From Macrostomum lignano (lineage: Eukaryota), in NCBI GenBank assembly GCA_002269645.1, contig NIVC01002330.1, forward strand, positions 1 to 64,000: DNA of 64,000 bases, read 5' to 3'. The position numbers and the translations under genes were made by a program. The notes below the pieces were generated by a model. That model did not search any database and was not told the DNA's origin. It saw nothing but the letters and a program-made list of their open reading frames with translations. Below are positions 32,405-44,300 of the stretch, one piece after another; position 1 is the first letter of the stretch, and the number at the start of each line of letters is the position of its first letter.

Positions 32405-34207
32405 TCACAAGTCAACTAAATTTGTGTTCAGCATGTAATGCTCATAGCAACATGCCCTTTGCTCTTTAGGCGAAGCAGCTGATTTAAAAAATAGTGACTG
32501 AGGATTCTTGTGCCACTTCCAAGTTCGAAAGCCGAGCTTGAATAGACCCTGCCAGACCCGAATTAAACGACCATAGTCGCTCTTCTGACGCACGAGTTCA
32601 CTCGTGTGCGACTCGAAGAGCAGCTGCTTCACATTCGTGAGGCAGCCTTCGCTGAAAGCTTTCTCAAAGCTGGTCCACTCCCAGTGCTCGATGTCGATTT
32701 TCAGTATGTCGATCTTCTTGTTCCGGTAGCCAAGCTCGGAAAAGAGTGTGCACAGAGTTCGCATTTTCCAGCCATTGCCTTCCACTTTATTCTCGGACGA
32801 GAGGCCGGTTCGATAGAACCAGGATGTCGTCTTCCGCTGATGGTCCTTAGCATTCATGCTTGGATCGAACATGTGCACGTTGCAGTGGTACTTGTCGGCG
32901 AGAATGTCGTCATAAGACCAGATGTTGTTAATACCAAATGAAAATGCAATGCACGGCTTGCTCTCTTCGATGTTAAACGGTCTGCTGAAGCAGACGTCCC
33001 AGCCGCCGTCGGCGGTGCCTCCTATGCGCATGCTATATGGGCAGTTGACATGTACCTGTTCAAGAATGCCAAAGTACATTACCTCAAGTTGAACGCTGGT
33101 AAGCGAGGTCAGATCCGTCTTGAGAATATCATTCGCTTTGTTAAAATTCTTCGCTTTGCTGATCATAAATCGAGCGAAAGGCGGAAGTACTCTCAAATCT
33201 GCTGGATTTTGGGCCGGTCGATCGTCAGTCAGAAAGTTTATGTTGATGTAATAAAGCTCATGACAAAATTTACCGTCAAGATCTTTGTTCAAGCTGCTCC
33301 TATAGTTGCAGTTTGTTTTCCAGTTGTGCTTCCATTGTCGAAATCCGGTATCGTACAATGACTTTAGGACCGAAAAATATTTTTTAAAGTTCTTCTTCGT
33401 TCTGGTTTTTTCTATGCGTGTCTCAAGTAGCAGTTGCTTTACATTGCCAAGTGAGCCGTCGCGCACTGCTGTTTCTAATGCTGGCCATTCTAAAGACTCA
33501 ACGTCAAACTTTAAAATATCAATTATGAAGTTTTCAGCACCGAAACGCTTCAGATGTCCAAGGTAGCTGTCCACAGACCATCCATTGAGGGTACCTTGTT
33601 TTGAGTACACGCCTTCTTTAATAAAAGCGACTTTGTCGTTGCGCATGTGGCTTTCTTGAGACATTCTTGGATCAAATGCAGTAACTTGGCACCTAAAAGT
33701 AGCCGCAACCTCGTCATCGAACTCCCAAATGTTATTGACTCCGAACGAGTAGCTGAAGCACGGCTTTGTCGGAGTGAATGGTCCAACAAGGCACAGCTCC
33801 CATCCGCCGTTTCCTTTCCGGCCAAATCTTCGTTCGGTTGAACAGTCTGCTGTAGTCTCCAGCACTACAGATTCGTATAAGTCTTCCAATTCAGCTACGT
33901 TCATGCTCTCCAGCTTAGAGCTGGACAGATCGTAGCCACTGCTTCCCACAGCTATGCGACCATTGCCGAAGTTATAAACTTTATTGCCTCTCGATTTGGA
34001 TTTACTAACCTGCTGCGTTTCAACCTTCCGCAAGTTGCCAGAGCCACCAGTCGATACGGCTTGATGTTTCCCGTCAATGTAGTCTCGGATTGTTGAGTGC
34101 AAATTCTGATGATAGCCGCCTCGAATAGTAATGATCACGAGTACTGCTGCGATGAATAGAGCCAAAGCGCAAAATACGCTTCGCTTGGTACTGATATTCA
34201 AAACCAT
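32405..34207 (-). CDS. METTL24: METTL24-like protein with two tandem Methyltransf_22/FkbM-like domains and an N-terminal signal anchor, 600 aa, intronless
   Basis: Uninterrupted 1803-nt ORF. Two repeats of GGW.(V/L)C...C..(Y/F)SFG(V/I)NNIW.(F/Y)DD...C.V..FDP...IDILK.D(V/I)E..EW...NVKQLL.E, typical of the METTL24 family. Hydrophobic segment at residues ~11-28. Confidence 0.88.
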   Translation of the reverse strand: MVLNISTKRSVFCALALFIAAVLVIITIRGGYHQNLHSTIRDYIDGKHQAVSTGGSGNLRKVETQQVSKSKSRGNKVYNFGNGRIAVGSSGYDLSSSKLESMNVAELEDLYESVVLETTADCSTERRFGRKGNGGWELCLVGPFTPTKPCFSYSFGVNNIWEFDDEVAATFRCQVTAFDPRMSQESHMRNDKVAFIKEGVYSKQGTLNGWSVDSYLGHLKRFGAENFIIDILKFDVESLEWPALETAVRDGSLGNVKQLLLETRIEKTRTKKNFKKYFSVLKSLYDTGFRQWKHNWKTNCNYRSSLNKDLDGKFCHELYYININFLTDDRPAQNPADLRVLPPFARFMISKAKNFNKANDILKTDLTSLTSVQLEVMYFGILEQVHVNCPYSMRIGGTADGGWDVCFSRPFNIEESKPCIAFSFGINNIWSYDDILADKYHCNVHMFDPSMNAKDHQRKTTSWFYRTGLSSENKVEGNGWKMRTLCTLFSELGYRNKKIDILKIDIEHWEWTSFEKAFSEGCLTNVKQLLFESHTSELVRQKSDYGRLIRVWQGLFKLGFRTWKWHKNPQSLFFKSAASPKEQRACCYEHYMLNTNLVDL

Positions 34208-34904
34208 TGCTCGCGGTGACCTATACTAGCGAGTTGCAATTTTCACGTGCTTCTTCTAGCCACAGGGCCCTGCTGCTGGCTCTGTAGCTTCGCAAGCCTT
34301 TTTCTTGTGGGTCTTATCTTACTTATGCTAGGCCCGGCTTTTATCCCGATAAGATATGTATTAGCTAATACAGAAACGAGTGTATGAGTGTATTGAGCTC
34401 TAAGGCTGAGAATCACAGTGAAGAATACCTGAACAGTTCGATTGCAGATTTTTAAAGTGAAGGCGACTCTGAAAGAAACGTTCAGGACCAAAATTTTTAC
34501 CCACTAATTACGTGCGTTTAGTTGCAATTTATTTTGCTCATTTTAACTTTCTATTCGACCTGCATTTTGGGAACCAATCAATGCATTCTACCAACGTGCA
34601 TAGAATGCTTGTGTGGCTTCAAGTTTGTTCTAATACCCTCTCAACAATAATAACCTTTTTAAATCATTGTATCATCACACATCACATCACGCCATCAGCA
34701 TCACAACATATCAATTTCAGATAATAAAAACCAAAAACGTTGACATCATGGTTGACAAGTCCGACAAGGCTGTGTATATACCGAAAAGGCAATAAAAGCT
34801 TTACACCTGCGTCACTGACTGTGAAATACTAAATGTTCCTGTTTGGGTCCCGCTGTGACGAATAAGGCGAATAAGATCGAGAATAGACAGTAGATGGGTG
34901 ATCT

Positions 34905-35097
34905 GAGATCTCGGTGTAGTCGTGCAGGTCGCGTAGTGTCTCGGTGGAGCCGTGCGGATCGACTTGGGTCTCGGTGGAGCCGTGCGGATCGACTTGGGTC
35001 TCGGTGGAGCCGTGCGGATCGACTTGGGTCTCGGTGGAGCCGTGCGGATCGACTTGGGTCTCGGTGGAGCCGTGCGGATCGAGTTGAGTCTCGGTGG
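34905..35097. repeat. 30-bp minisatellite GTCTCGGTGGAGCCGTGCGGATCGACTTGG
   Basis: Direct reading; about 6 units, degenerate at the ends. Confidence 0.93.
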
Positions 35098-36268
35098 GAC
35101 TTCCAAATTTATGTGACGAATAAGGCGAATAAGACGGATTTGTGTAGCGGTTAATTTAGATAGTTCACGATTAGTTAGCAGATCGGCAAGCCGCTTCAAC
35201 CCTTAGTCTTTTGCTAGTGCTACTTAAAATTGCTGGATCAGTTAATTAACTAATTGGTGTGCCAAGGTAAACGGCGGAAGAGTTGGTGTAAGGAGGCCAG
35301 ACAGCGTCACAGCTAAGGGTTAGCGAGCCTAGGTCGAGAAGCGAAGCAAGGGGAAGGGCGAGAGCGGCTGCTGACTGTAGTGAAAGCATACATTTAAAGG
35401 TAAACAGATAACAACAACACTCTTCATCCAAAACCCAGACAAACAACCCCCCACGCGGCGCGCAATGTACATGTACAAATTAGAACTACTTTACGACAAA
35501 TAATAACGATATGAATGAAATACAAATAATAGAATAAATACATACGAGGCTACAAAAACAAAGCAATTAACAGTAAAAATAGCGCGATAATAATACGTAC
35601 GAATATTGTTAAAATAAATGAAAGAATACAGTAGTAGTACGGTATGCATATGAAAATAAAGAAATACGATACACGCTTCTACGAATCACACTGTCACACC
35701 GCCATCGCAACTCCGAAATATCATAACTCCGAACTTGCTATCAACGCCCATCATAAACCCGAATTATATCACAAAGCCGAAATATAGAGTGCTAGCAACA
35801 CCCAACGCTATTTTGGTTTTCGGAGTTATGATATTTCGGACTTGTGATGCCCCCCTTTGTAGGCTTGATTGATTCAACCGTCCATGTCATAGCAGCCACC
35901 TGCTTCGGTCAAATTGCCACCGCAACCATGAGGTGGATTTGCGTCCAATTTGCCGTCTCTTCGCTATCGCAAGGCTCTGTAGCCGCTAGCCATGTAGTTA
36001 AGTATGGACCGTGTACAGCAAGTATTATCTCTCAAATCTAAGTAGATGTCAAAGCGAACAGTGTGCTCCCTTCAGCTAGCTACTCATAATCAGACGTGTT
36101 CAGAGCATAGATCTTATGTTCTTATATAAGTGTATATATGATCTTTGGTTCAGAGTCCAATTCAGGCAAGCACTGAGTAGGTTGCTTTTCGGTAATCAGC
36201 ATACTGTTCTGCGTACATTTTTATAAAACCCTGCGTTTTATCAACCGGTTAGTGAACAGGATGCCGCA

Positions 36269-36432
36269 CAGGGGCGTAGCCAGGGGGCGGCAATGCAGCT
36301 ATAGGCCGCCAAATCGGCTGGCAAAAATATATGAAACTCCCCTAATAGTGCTGGCGCCCCGTTGCTGGTGCCCCTGACACTGGCGCCCAGCTCAAATGAC
36401 ACGCAGCCCCCCCCCCATGGCTACGCCGCATG
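36269..36432. mobile_element. Small MITE-like element with CAGGGGCGTAGCCA...TGGCTACGCC termini
   Basis: Imperfect TIR (GGCGTAGCCA / TGGCTACGCC); no TSD identified. Confidence 0.45.
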
Positions 36433-36550
36433 CAGATGCCACGACATCGAGCGGTTTCTTCACACACATTTTTCAATCACCAATTAAATTGCTGAGTTAG
36501 AGGGGGGTTATAGCCTTAGAAGAGAGTATAGACTATGTCTGTTGTAAGGA

Positions 36551-36855
36551 GATTTTGTAGCCTAGTGGTCAGAGCGTCGGACTCACGACTTGAAGGTCGG
36601 GGGTTCGATTCTTGACTCACTCGGAACAATTAGTGTCCTTAAGCAAGACAATTAACTCTGCATTGCTTCAGTTCACCCAGCTGTAAAATGGGTGCCAGCA
36701 TTAGCTGGGGTAATTGAGGGTGTGTGGCGACCCCCCAGTCCTTGGACTGAACAGCCGTACGCAGCCTTCAGATGCGCCGCGCAATAGCTGCGGCTGAGCT
36801 GTCGGTTGCACATCTGCCCATTGGGACAGGTGTAATCAATAATAATAATTATTAT
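36551..36855 (+). mobile_element. Full-length CORE-type tRNA-derived SINE with a 13-bp TSD
   Basis: A box TAGCCTAGTGG and B box GGTTCGATTC. CORE-like segment GTGTCCTTAAGCAAGACAATTAACTC...CTTCAGTTCACCCAGCTGTAAAATGGG resembles the MIR core. (AAT)n-type tail. TSD TCTGTTGTAAGGA at 36538-36550 and 36856-36868. Confidence 0.9.
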
Positions 36856-38789
36856 TCTGTTGTAAGGACAACTTAAGAGGAATTAGACGCAACACTCGCC
36901 AACAAGCGTGTTAAAAGTTTTGAAAAAAGGTAAAAATAGCTATATAGCTCCTAGATGGTTTGGTGTAGAAAATCTTCCGATGTCTTTTCCAGAATTCATA
37001 TAGTTGTCTTTAAAATAAAATAAGTCACAACTTTGTATCCGTCCTAGCTCTCGATATTTGCAATTTCGATATCTTCTATTTCTTTCGAATTTACTTTTGC
37101 TGTATAATCCCTTACTGGAATCTCACCACCCCTTACTCGAATCTCACCACTTTCACTATAATACTGGAACCTTAGAATCGTGGAACTTTATAAAGTTAAA
37201 CAGAAGCTAACTTGAAGTTAGTCAAGTATAATAGAGACTTTCCGCATTTCAAATGTACCAAAAATTGATACATGTCATATAGAACATCCAGACCGAATTT
37301 ATATATTCTCTCTACTGCGTAGATGGCTTGAACCCTGGGACCTTTACCTTTCAACTGCAATATAGATAGACACAGAAAAACCATTTTTAGTATATTGGAA
37401 TTCAAGATACCGGCCACTTGCTTCTCTGGAGTTGAAATTATTATATACTTTTTACGATCTAATTTTCCCGAACTGCATTTCGATTTTCCCAAAACTGACA
37501 TTAATTATAGTTTTCTCAGGAAATATATATTTTTTTAATCGATTCAGGAATGGATGAACTGAACAATAATAGTGACAGATGACACAGCATATGTACACAC
37601 AGCCACTGAAATGAAGAGTGAGAGGTCAGTTGGTTGTCACTCCGTCAAAGATGTTGACCCGCTCAAGGCACCTCTTGATTTACGTTTCAATATGATTCCC
37701 CCACTGAATTAATGCACTTCTGCTGGGTGATGACATTAATCAAGGCTAGTTTCTGTCAGTGGCTTCACGTTGGATGGCTGGATCTTTGAATCAAACGCCG
37801 CCGATCCTTCGTTTTGCTCATGTATTATTTTCTTCTAGAAAAACGTCAATATCTGTCATTCTAGTTTATGAGATTACTCATTTTAGCACAGTGAATTTGG
37901 TCAATTGCGTACCCTGGTATACCGCTGCTCCACCTTCTCCTGCGTATTGGTGCTTCCGCTTTGTTTGTACGCTCTTGGACACTTTGTTAAGCCAGGACAA
38001 GCTGAAGCGGCACGAGAGTTGTCTCCCTATGCAGCAACTCTTTCTGATCTCTCCCTGAGACGCCTGTGCCAACCCTTAAATGTATAATTTCTTTGTTTAT
38101 TCGAACACACTTGCCAAGGCGCTGATTTCGCTTCTCGCTTCTGCTTCAGCTAGCCCATAGCCCATGTTCATCTGGTACCGAAGCGCCAATAAGCATTCTG
38201 CAGAGTTTGCATGTGCCTCGGTCAGTCTGGTATGAGACCTAAAGACTCTACTGCTGCACTCTAATATTTTTCTAGACATCCCTGCAGCCTTGAGGTAGGA
38301 AAGACAGAGCGCATCGCCTGCCATGCAGTGGCTTCGAAGTCCCATTAGGCAGGCTGGTTGAGCTCAAAATCGCCTGGAAATTTCTTCTGATGCATTAAAA
38401 ACGGCGGTATAATTGGGTACCAGTCACAGGGGTGTCGGAACCGGGGGGGGCACGGGGGAGGGCTGAAGCCCCCCCCCCACTTTTTAGCATGATCCAGCAA
38501 GTGCCCTTTTTGAATTTTAAACAAGTGTCGACTGGTTTTGGGCTCTGGCTTTTCTGAGTCTTGGAAGCTAAGGGGGTATCAGCTGATACAATACTCGTAG
38601 TTCATGTTGTTCTCAATCTCCATTCCACTACAGTTTTTATCTAATGTGCATAAGCCTTGGTGCTTTTAGTGCATTGGTCAGCAAACTTTTCACCTTAAGG
38701 GCCAGATTGAGAACCTAGCGTGGCGCAATGACTGCCTTCCTGGGTTTGCTTCGCTGGGCCCCCGTAAGCAAAACGCGCCCAGGAGTCCT

Positions 38790-39265
38790 TGACTGCAGGC
38801 AAGAGAAGGGAGAGAGGATAGGGAATAGAGCAGAGAATTATATGAGCGTAGGAGAAAGGAAAGGCGAGGAGAGGAGAAGGAAAGGAAAGACAAGATAAGA
38901 GGAGAGAGGAGAGGAGAGAAAAGAGGAGAGGAGAGGAGAGGAGAGAGGAGAGGCGAAGGAATAAATGAGAAGAGAGTAGACGAGAAGAGAGATATATTTG
39001 GAGAGGGGAGATGGATGAGGAGAGGAGAGACGAAATAGGAGAGAGAGGAGAGAAGAGGGAAGGGAAAAGAGAATGGAGAGAAAAAGTAGAGGAGAGATGA
39101 GAGGAGAGGAGAGAGGGGAGGAGAAGAGAGGAGAGGAGAGGGAAAGGAAAGACAAGATGAGAGGAGAGAGGAGAGGAGAGAGGTGAGGAGAGAGGAGAGA
39201 AGAGAGGAGAGGAGAGGAGAGGAGAGAGGAGAGGCGAAGGAATAAAGGAGAAGAGAGTAGACGAA
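38790..39265. repeat. GA-rich low-complexity satellite (GGAGA/GAGAG) with an internal duplication
   Basis: Direct reading. Confidence 0.9.
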
Positions 39266-39700
39266 ATCACGCGAAGGTGTATTCAGCACGCCAGTGAAGT
39301 ATGAGACAGACTAGGCCCATGGGCTACGGTCTGCGATGCTTCACGCCTGCCCCTATCTTCAGCAGGTCAAGGCTGGAGGGAGGTCTGCACCCGCTATTTG
39401 CCGCTGGCAGCCGCAGACCTCCCCCCTCACGCTGTTTCGCAAGTCGACCCAGGGTACTCGTCCCCGCGTGTGTTCAAGGCAGACCCTAGGGCTGCTGGAC
39501 AGACTGGGCTCCGACGCTGGCGACCCATCCAGTGGCTTCGGTCGAACTTGGGTATGCGGGTCTGGCTTGCCAGCCTGCAGGCCGTGGTACTGCTTAACGT
39601 ACCCCTTAATGCCTAAGGTGTTTGACCGTGCCGATGGGCTGGAAGGCCGGGGGGGTTGTCCGGTCGCTAGCGGTCCTTTTCTCTTTCTTCTTTCCTCTTT

Positions 39701-40501
39701 TGTGATGATGGGGCTCAAGGGCTCGGTCCTTTCGTGCCCCTTTCCCAGACCCGGGTTCGTGTACTGACCCTGGCTACGGTCCTCCACTGACACGCGTACG
39801 ACGCACGACAGCCTACAGACTCGCGTACGACGCAGAGCTGCTTGGGGTGGGACCGGCGTACGACGCACTTAATCCCTCTAAGGTGCCTAGTACAGATGCA
39901 GACCCAAATGACGTGCAAATTGGAAGGCTTACCAGCCGCGATTTTAGTCGTACAAGAAACAGCGCCGTCAGAGCAGTGGTGGTGATCTCGATATTCTTTA
40001 CTTATATATTTGTCTAGCAATTCTGCGAGGAATAGCAATTCAGCAACCAACGCTGGCACAATCGCCGAGGAGCCACGAAGACGACAAGAATGGGGTCTCA
40101 AGGGGGTCTGAATAAATAGGCAGCAAACTGGGGGTTGAGGGCGCGGGATAAAGGCAGAAAAGGGGGCTTAGACATCAGCCAAGGCAACGCATGAGCTGTA
40201 CCAGCCAATCGCCGGGGCGCAGCACGGCAGACTGGGACTGGCAGCCAATCACAAACAGGGGCGGGGCAGCAAAGCTAACAAAATAATGGGGCGGGGTCGC
40301 ACAGGGGGTTCGCACGCCGAGCATGGGGGGGGGGTTGACTCAACAGAAAAGGTCTAGGCAGGGAGGGGAGGGGTACGCACGCGCAGAAGTGCAGGTGGGT
40401 GAGTCAGAAAATATCTAAGGAGGGGGGAGGGGGAGAGGACGGCCCACTGGCCCGGTGCAGCAACTTAGCAAAGAGCACACTGTCATAACACATTCATGAC
40501 A
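39701..40501 (-). mobile_element. Solo LTR (801 bp) inserted in the LINE 5'UTR
   Basis: Termini TGTGATGA...TCATGACA (TG..CA, 7/8 inverted). 4-bp TSD CTTT at 39697-39700 and 40502-40505. The uninterrupted inner copy has a single CTTT at the equivalent site (around 46571-46574). Strand inferred from CCAAT, GC-box and TATA-like order. Confidence 0.85.
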
Positions 40502-41362
40502 CTTTCTTTTGTGACTCAGCTCACTCCTTCCCGCTTTCAGCTATGGCGTCATCCGCCTCTTTCAACCCCGCTGAAGCCGAGGCCCCGGCAACTCCGGCCG
40601 GTGACTCTGGCACCAGCGCCGCCCCACCGGGGGCAGATGGGCTTGCCGCCGGCTCGGCCGGTGACATGCCCGCACGCGCAACCGGGCCCTCCGCTGAAGC
40701 CCGACGCGCCCGCACCCAACGCCCCAACGAGCGGCGACGGCGACTACGGGGTACTGCGGGCCGGCCACCGGCGGAGGGGGAACCTAGGGAGGGCGAGGCT
40801 GCTGTTGGGCCGAAAGGAACCACAGCAACCCCTGCCCTCCAGGATACAACCCCCGCTGGTGAGCCACCCAGTAAACCTGCTACCCAGTAGACGGCCGGGC
40901 ATTCGGGAACTGCCGCCACCAACTACGCCTCAAAGGTCAAGCTCCAACCGGCGGTCATCGTCTTCGGGGAAGAGCAGGACCTCACGGCCGACGAGCTCGA
41001 CAGTGCCTGGCGCACCATCGATGCTGCGCTCATCGACCAGCTCCTGGCGGGCCGCCCTGTGAGCGTGGTCAAGTCTGCCAAGACCGACGGCTGCATCTTC
41101 ATCTGGTGCAGCTCGGAGGAGAGCAGCCGCAATCTACGCGAGCTTCTGCCAAAGCTGAACTGGCCCAAGAAGCTCGGCAAGCTCGTCTTCGCCAGCGAGG
41201 GCGAACGACAAAAGACCCAGCGCTTTCGCGTCTGGATCCCGGCCGGCTTACTTGACTTACTTGACTTAGCTGCAGGGTGGTCCGTAGACACAGCGGGGAG
41301 GCGAGGGTCGCCCATTCCGCTAGCCCCTGAAGGCCCGCAGACAGGCAGAGGCGTGGGGCCGG

Positions 41363-44300
41363 TCAGGGTGGTCCGCCGGTCCGTCCTGCAGCGTGATCTT
41401 CCGTTGGGAAGAAACTGGCTCGTCTAGTCGCCCGAAGGAACTGGATGAGCCGTGGGATGCTGTCGGGCTGGCAAACCTCGTCAATGGACGGGTTCGGCCC
41501 GAGGTAGCGTAGCCGGTCTCTGTTAAAGAAAGGGCAGTGACAGACAAAGTGCTGAGCATCTTCATTGTCGCACTCGCAAAAGGGGCAAATTTCGCTCTCG
41601 AGGTCGCCTCGGAGGAAGCAGTGCCTGGCGAGGTAGCCATGGCCGGTAAGGGTCATGACAAGGGCTCGAATATCCTTCCGATTCTGGTTCAGAAGGATGT
41701 TTCTGAGCCTGTGAGACGGGCAAGGAACCGCGGCACGAGATTGCCGGCAGTTTTGGGTGCCCGCCCATCTGTCCCTGTGGAGGGAGTCAGCCCAGTCGTC
41801 GATCTGACGATTGATGACTGTCAAGGGCATAGGGACCAGGGGGGCAGGGCCGAAAAAAGAGCCAGAGCCGCCCCTCTTGGCGAGGGTGTCTGCCAGCTCG
41901 TTCCCCGGAAACCCTGCGTGCCCTGGGATCCACTTCAGCCTGACAGTATTGCTTCTGGCCAGGAGGTTGAGCTGCCGGGCGCAGTCGGCGACTGTCCGGG
42001 AGTTCGTTGTGGTGTGGCAAAGGGCCTGTAAGGCCGCTTGGCTGTCGGAGTGGATGACAATAGTCTTTCCTCTCGTAACCTTGGCGTTTAGCTCTGCAGC
42101 GCAAGAGCTGATGGCAAGGACTTCGTTCTGGAAGACTGTGGAGAGTCTACCAGTGTGCTGGGCATGCGTGGCAATTACGCGGCCGTTGATGATGATGCAG
42201 ACCCCAAAGCCGGCGCGACCGTCTTTGATGGATCCGTCCGTGTAGCAATGGACCTCCTGGAAATTCCAGTGGTCATTGGCAGCATCCCTAGAGGGGATGG
42301 TGACCTTGTAGCGCTGAAAGAGGTTGAGAGTGCGGGGTTCGCCGTCAGATAGGACGTGGAGCCCGCCGCTGTCTCTCAAGTCCTTGAGGCAGAGGTCAGC
42401 GTGGGGCAGAAGCTTGCGCTTAGCCATGGCCCTATGGGGCTGGATTCGAATGCCAGCGTCAGCTAGACGGCGGGCAGTCTTAGCCGCTTCCCTGCGGACA
42501 AAGATGTCCAGCGGAGGAATGTTGAGGAAGGCGTTGAGGCCATCGTAAGGAGCAGACGGAGGGGCGCTCATGATCGTGCGACAAGCGCGCCCTTGCGCTC
42601 TCCTGAGAGCCTCTAGACAGGTCTTTATCTGCAGGGCGCTAGCCCAGATCAGGCCGCCATACGAGATAGCGGGCCTAACCATTGCAGTGTAGATCCACCA
42701 GAGGCGCTTGGGGGTGAGCCCCCAGGTGGTGCCGACGGCCCTGCGCAATTGCGCGAGGACTGCGAAGGCCTTTTTGGCTTTTGTTTGAACGTGGGGAGAC
42801 CAGTTCAGCCTGTGGTCCAGGGTAATACCCAGACATTTAGTCTGCTTGCAGAAGGGGATTTCCCTTCCGTAAAGCGTGAGCGGCCGAATCTGCCACTTGG
42901 TCCTGCTGGTGAACATGATCGCTGCGGTCTTAGTCTCAGAGAGCCTTAAACCACAGCGGTCCGCCCATTGCTCAGCAGCGTAGATGAAGTTCTGAAGAAG
43001 GTCCCTGAGGGTATCAGGGGACGGACCAGATGCCACCGCGGTGACATCGTCCGCATATCCAACTTTCAGAATGGGGTCAGGCCGAACATCCCGGAGGAGC
43101 TCATCGATGACCATATTCCAGAGAACTGGAGACAGCACCCCACCTTGCGGGCTACCTTTGCAGACGGGGACCGTCCTCTGGTAGCCCAGCAGACTGGCGG
43201 TGGCCGTGCGATGGCTGATCATGTACATGATCCATCTGGTGAGATGTGAGTGCGTTAGCCTCTCACAAAGAGCTCTTCGGAACGCCTCAAAGAGGACGTT
43301 ATCGAAGGCGCCAATGATGTCCAGGAAGATCCCCAGAGCAAAGCCACTACCAAGCACGGCCTTCTCGAGTTTATCGACCAGGACGTGCAGCGCGCTTTCA
43401 GTGGAGCGACCCGCCCGAAAAGCGTGCTGGTTCTCGCTGAGAGGTTTGTTCTTCAGCTCAACAGAGAGAAGGCGCCAAAGCACCAGTCTCTCCATCAGCT
43501 TGACCAGGGAGGAGGTCAAGCTGATCGGTCTGAAGGATTTGATAGAATGGTAGTCCGGGCGGCCTGGCTTAGGGATAAAGATCACCTTTGCCTCGGTCCA
43601 TGCCTGCGGGACATAACCAAGCGTGATGCATGCCCGAAGAAGGCTGCAAAGTTTGCGCAGGAAGCCTGGGCATTTAACCGCCTCTCTTAGAAGGGCCGGT
43701 ACAATGCCGTCGGGTCCTGGGGCTTTGAAAGGCTTGAAGGAATTTGCCGCTCTCACAATGCGGTCCTCCGTGATGATAGATGCAGCCAGCGCGTGACCTC
43801 CCTCCGAGTGATCCGGAGTGGTCTGGTTAGCTGGCTCGTTAGGGAAAAACGCAGTGAGCATTACATCAAGCGTTTCCCCTGGGTTGTCCGTGGACGTACC
43901 GTCGGTGCGTTTGACCGAGGAGAGCTTAGACATTTTGTCCAGCGTGAGCGCTTTCACAACTCTGGAGGTGGGGCGTGAGCCCTCTAGCTCCTCACAGTAT
44001 TGTCGCCATTTTTGAGCCTTTGCATTCCTAACCTGCCTTTTAAACTCATGAATTGCTTCATGATAGGCGGTTTGGTCTGCAGGGCTCTTAGTTTTAGTTG
44101 CTCTGCGGTGGAGTCTCTTAGCCCTGCGACGGAGGTTGCCGAGCTCGGGATTCCACCACGGCGCCGATTTTTTCCCTTTATAGGCTTTTAAAGGGCAGGA
44201 CGCCTCAAAGGCGGCGGTTAGCGTCTCTGTCAAAACAGTCGCGCACTCATCCGCCTCTCGGCACGACGTGATCGTGAATGGTTGGCCAGGAGACCGATGG

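Noticed and set aside
36551-36625. Possible tRNA gene
   Set aside because: No proper acceptor stem or terminator; it continues into a CORE body with TSD, so it is a SINE head
38425-38500. CAGGGGTGTCGGAACCGGGGGGG MITE-like start
   Set aside because: No matching second terminus or TSD found
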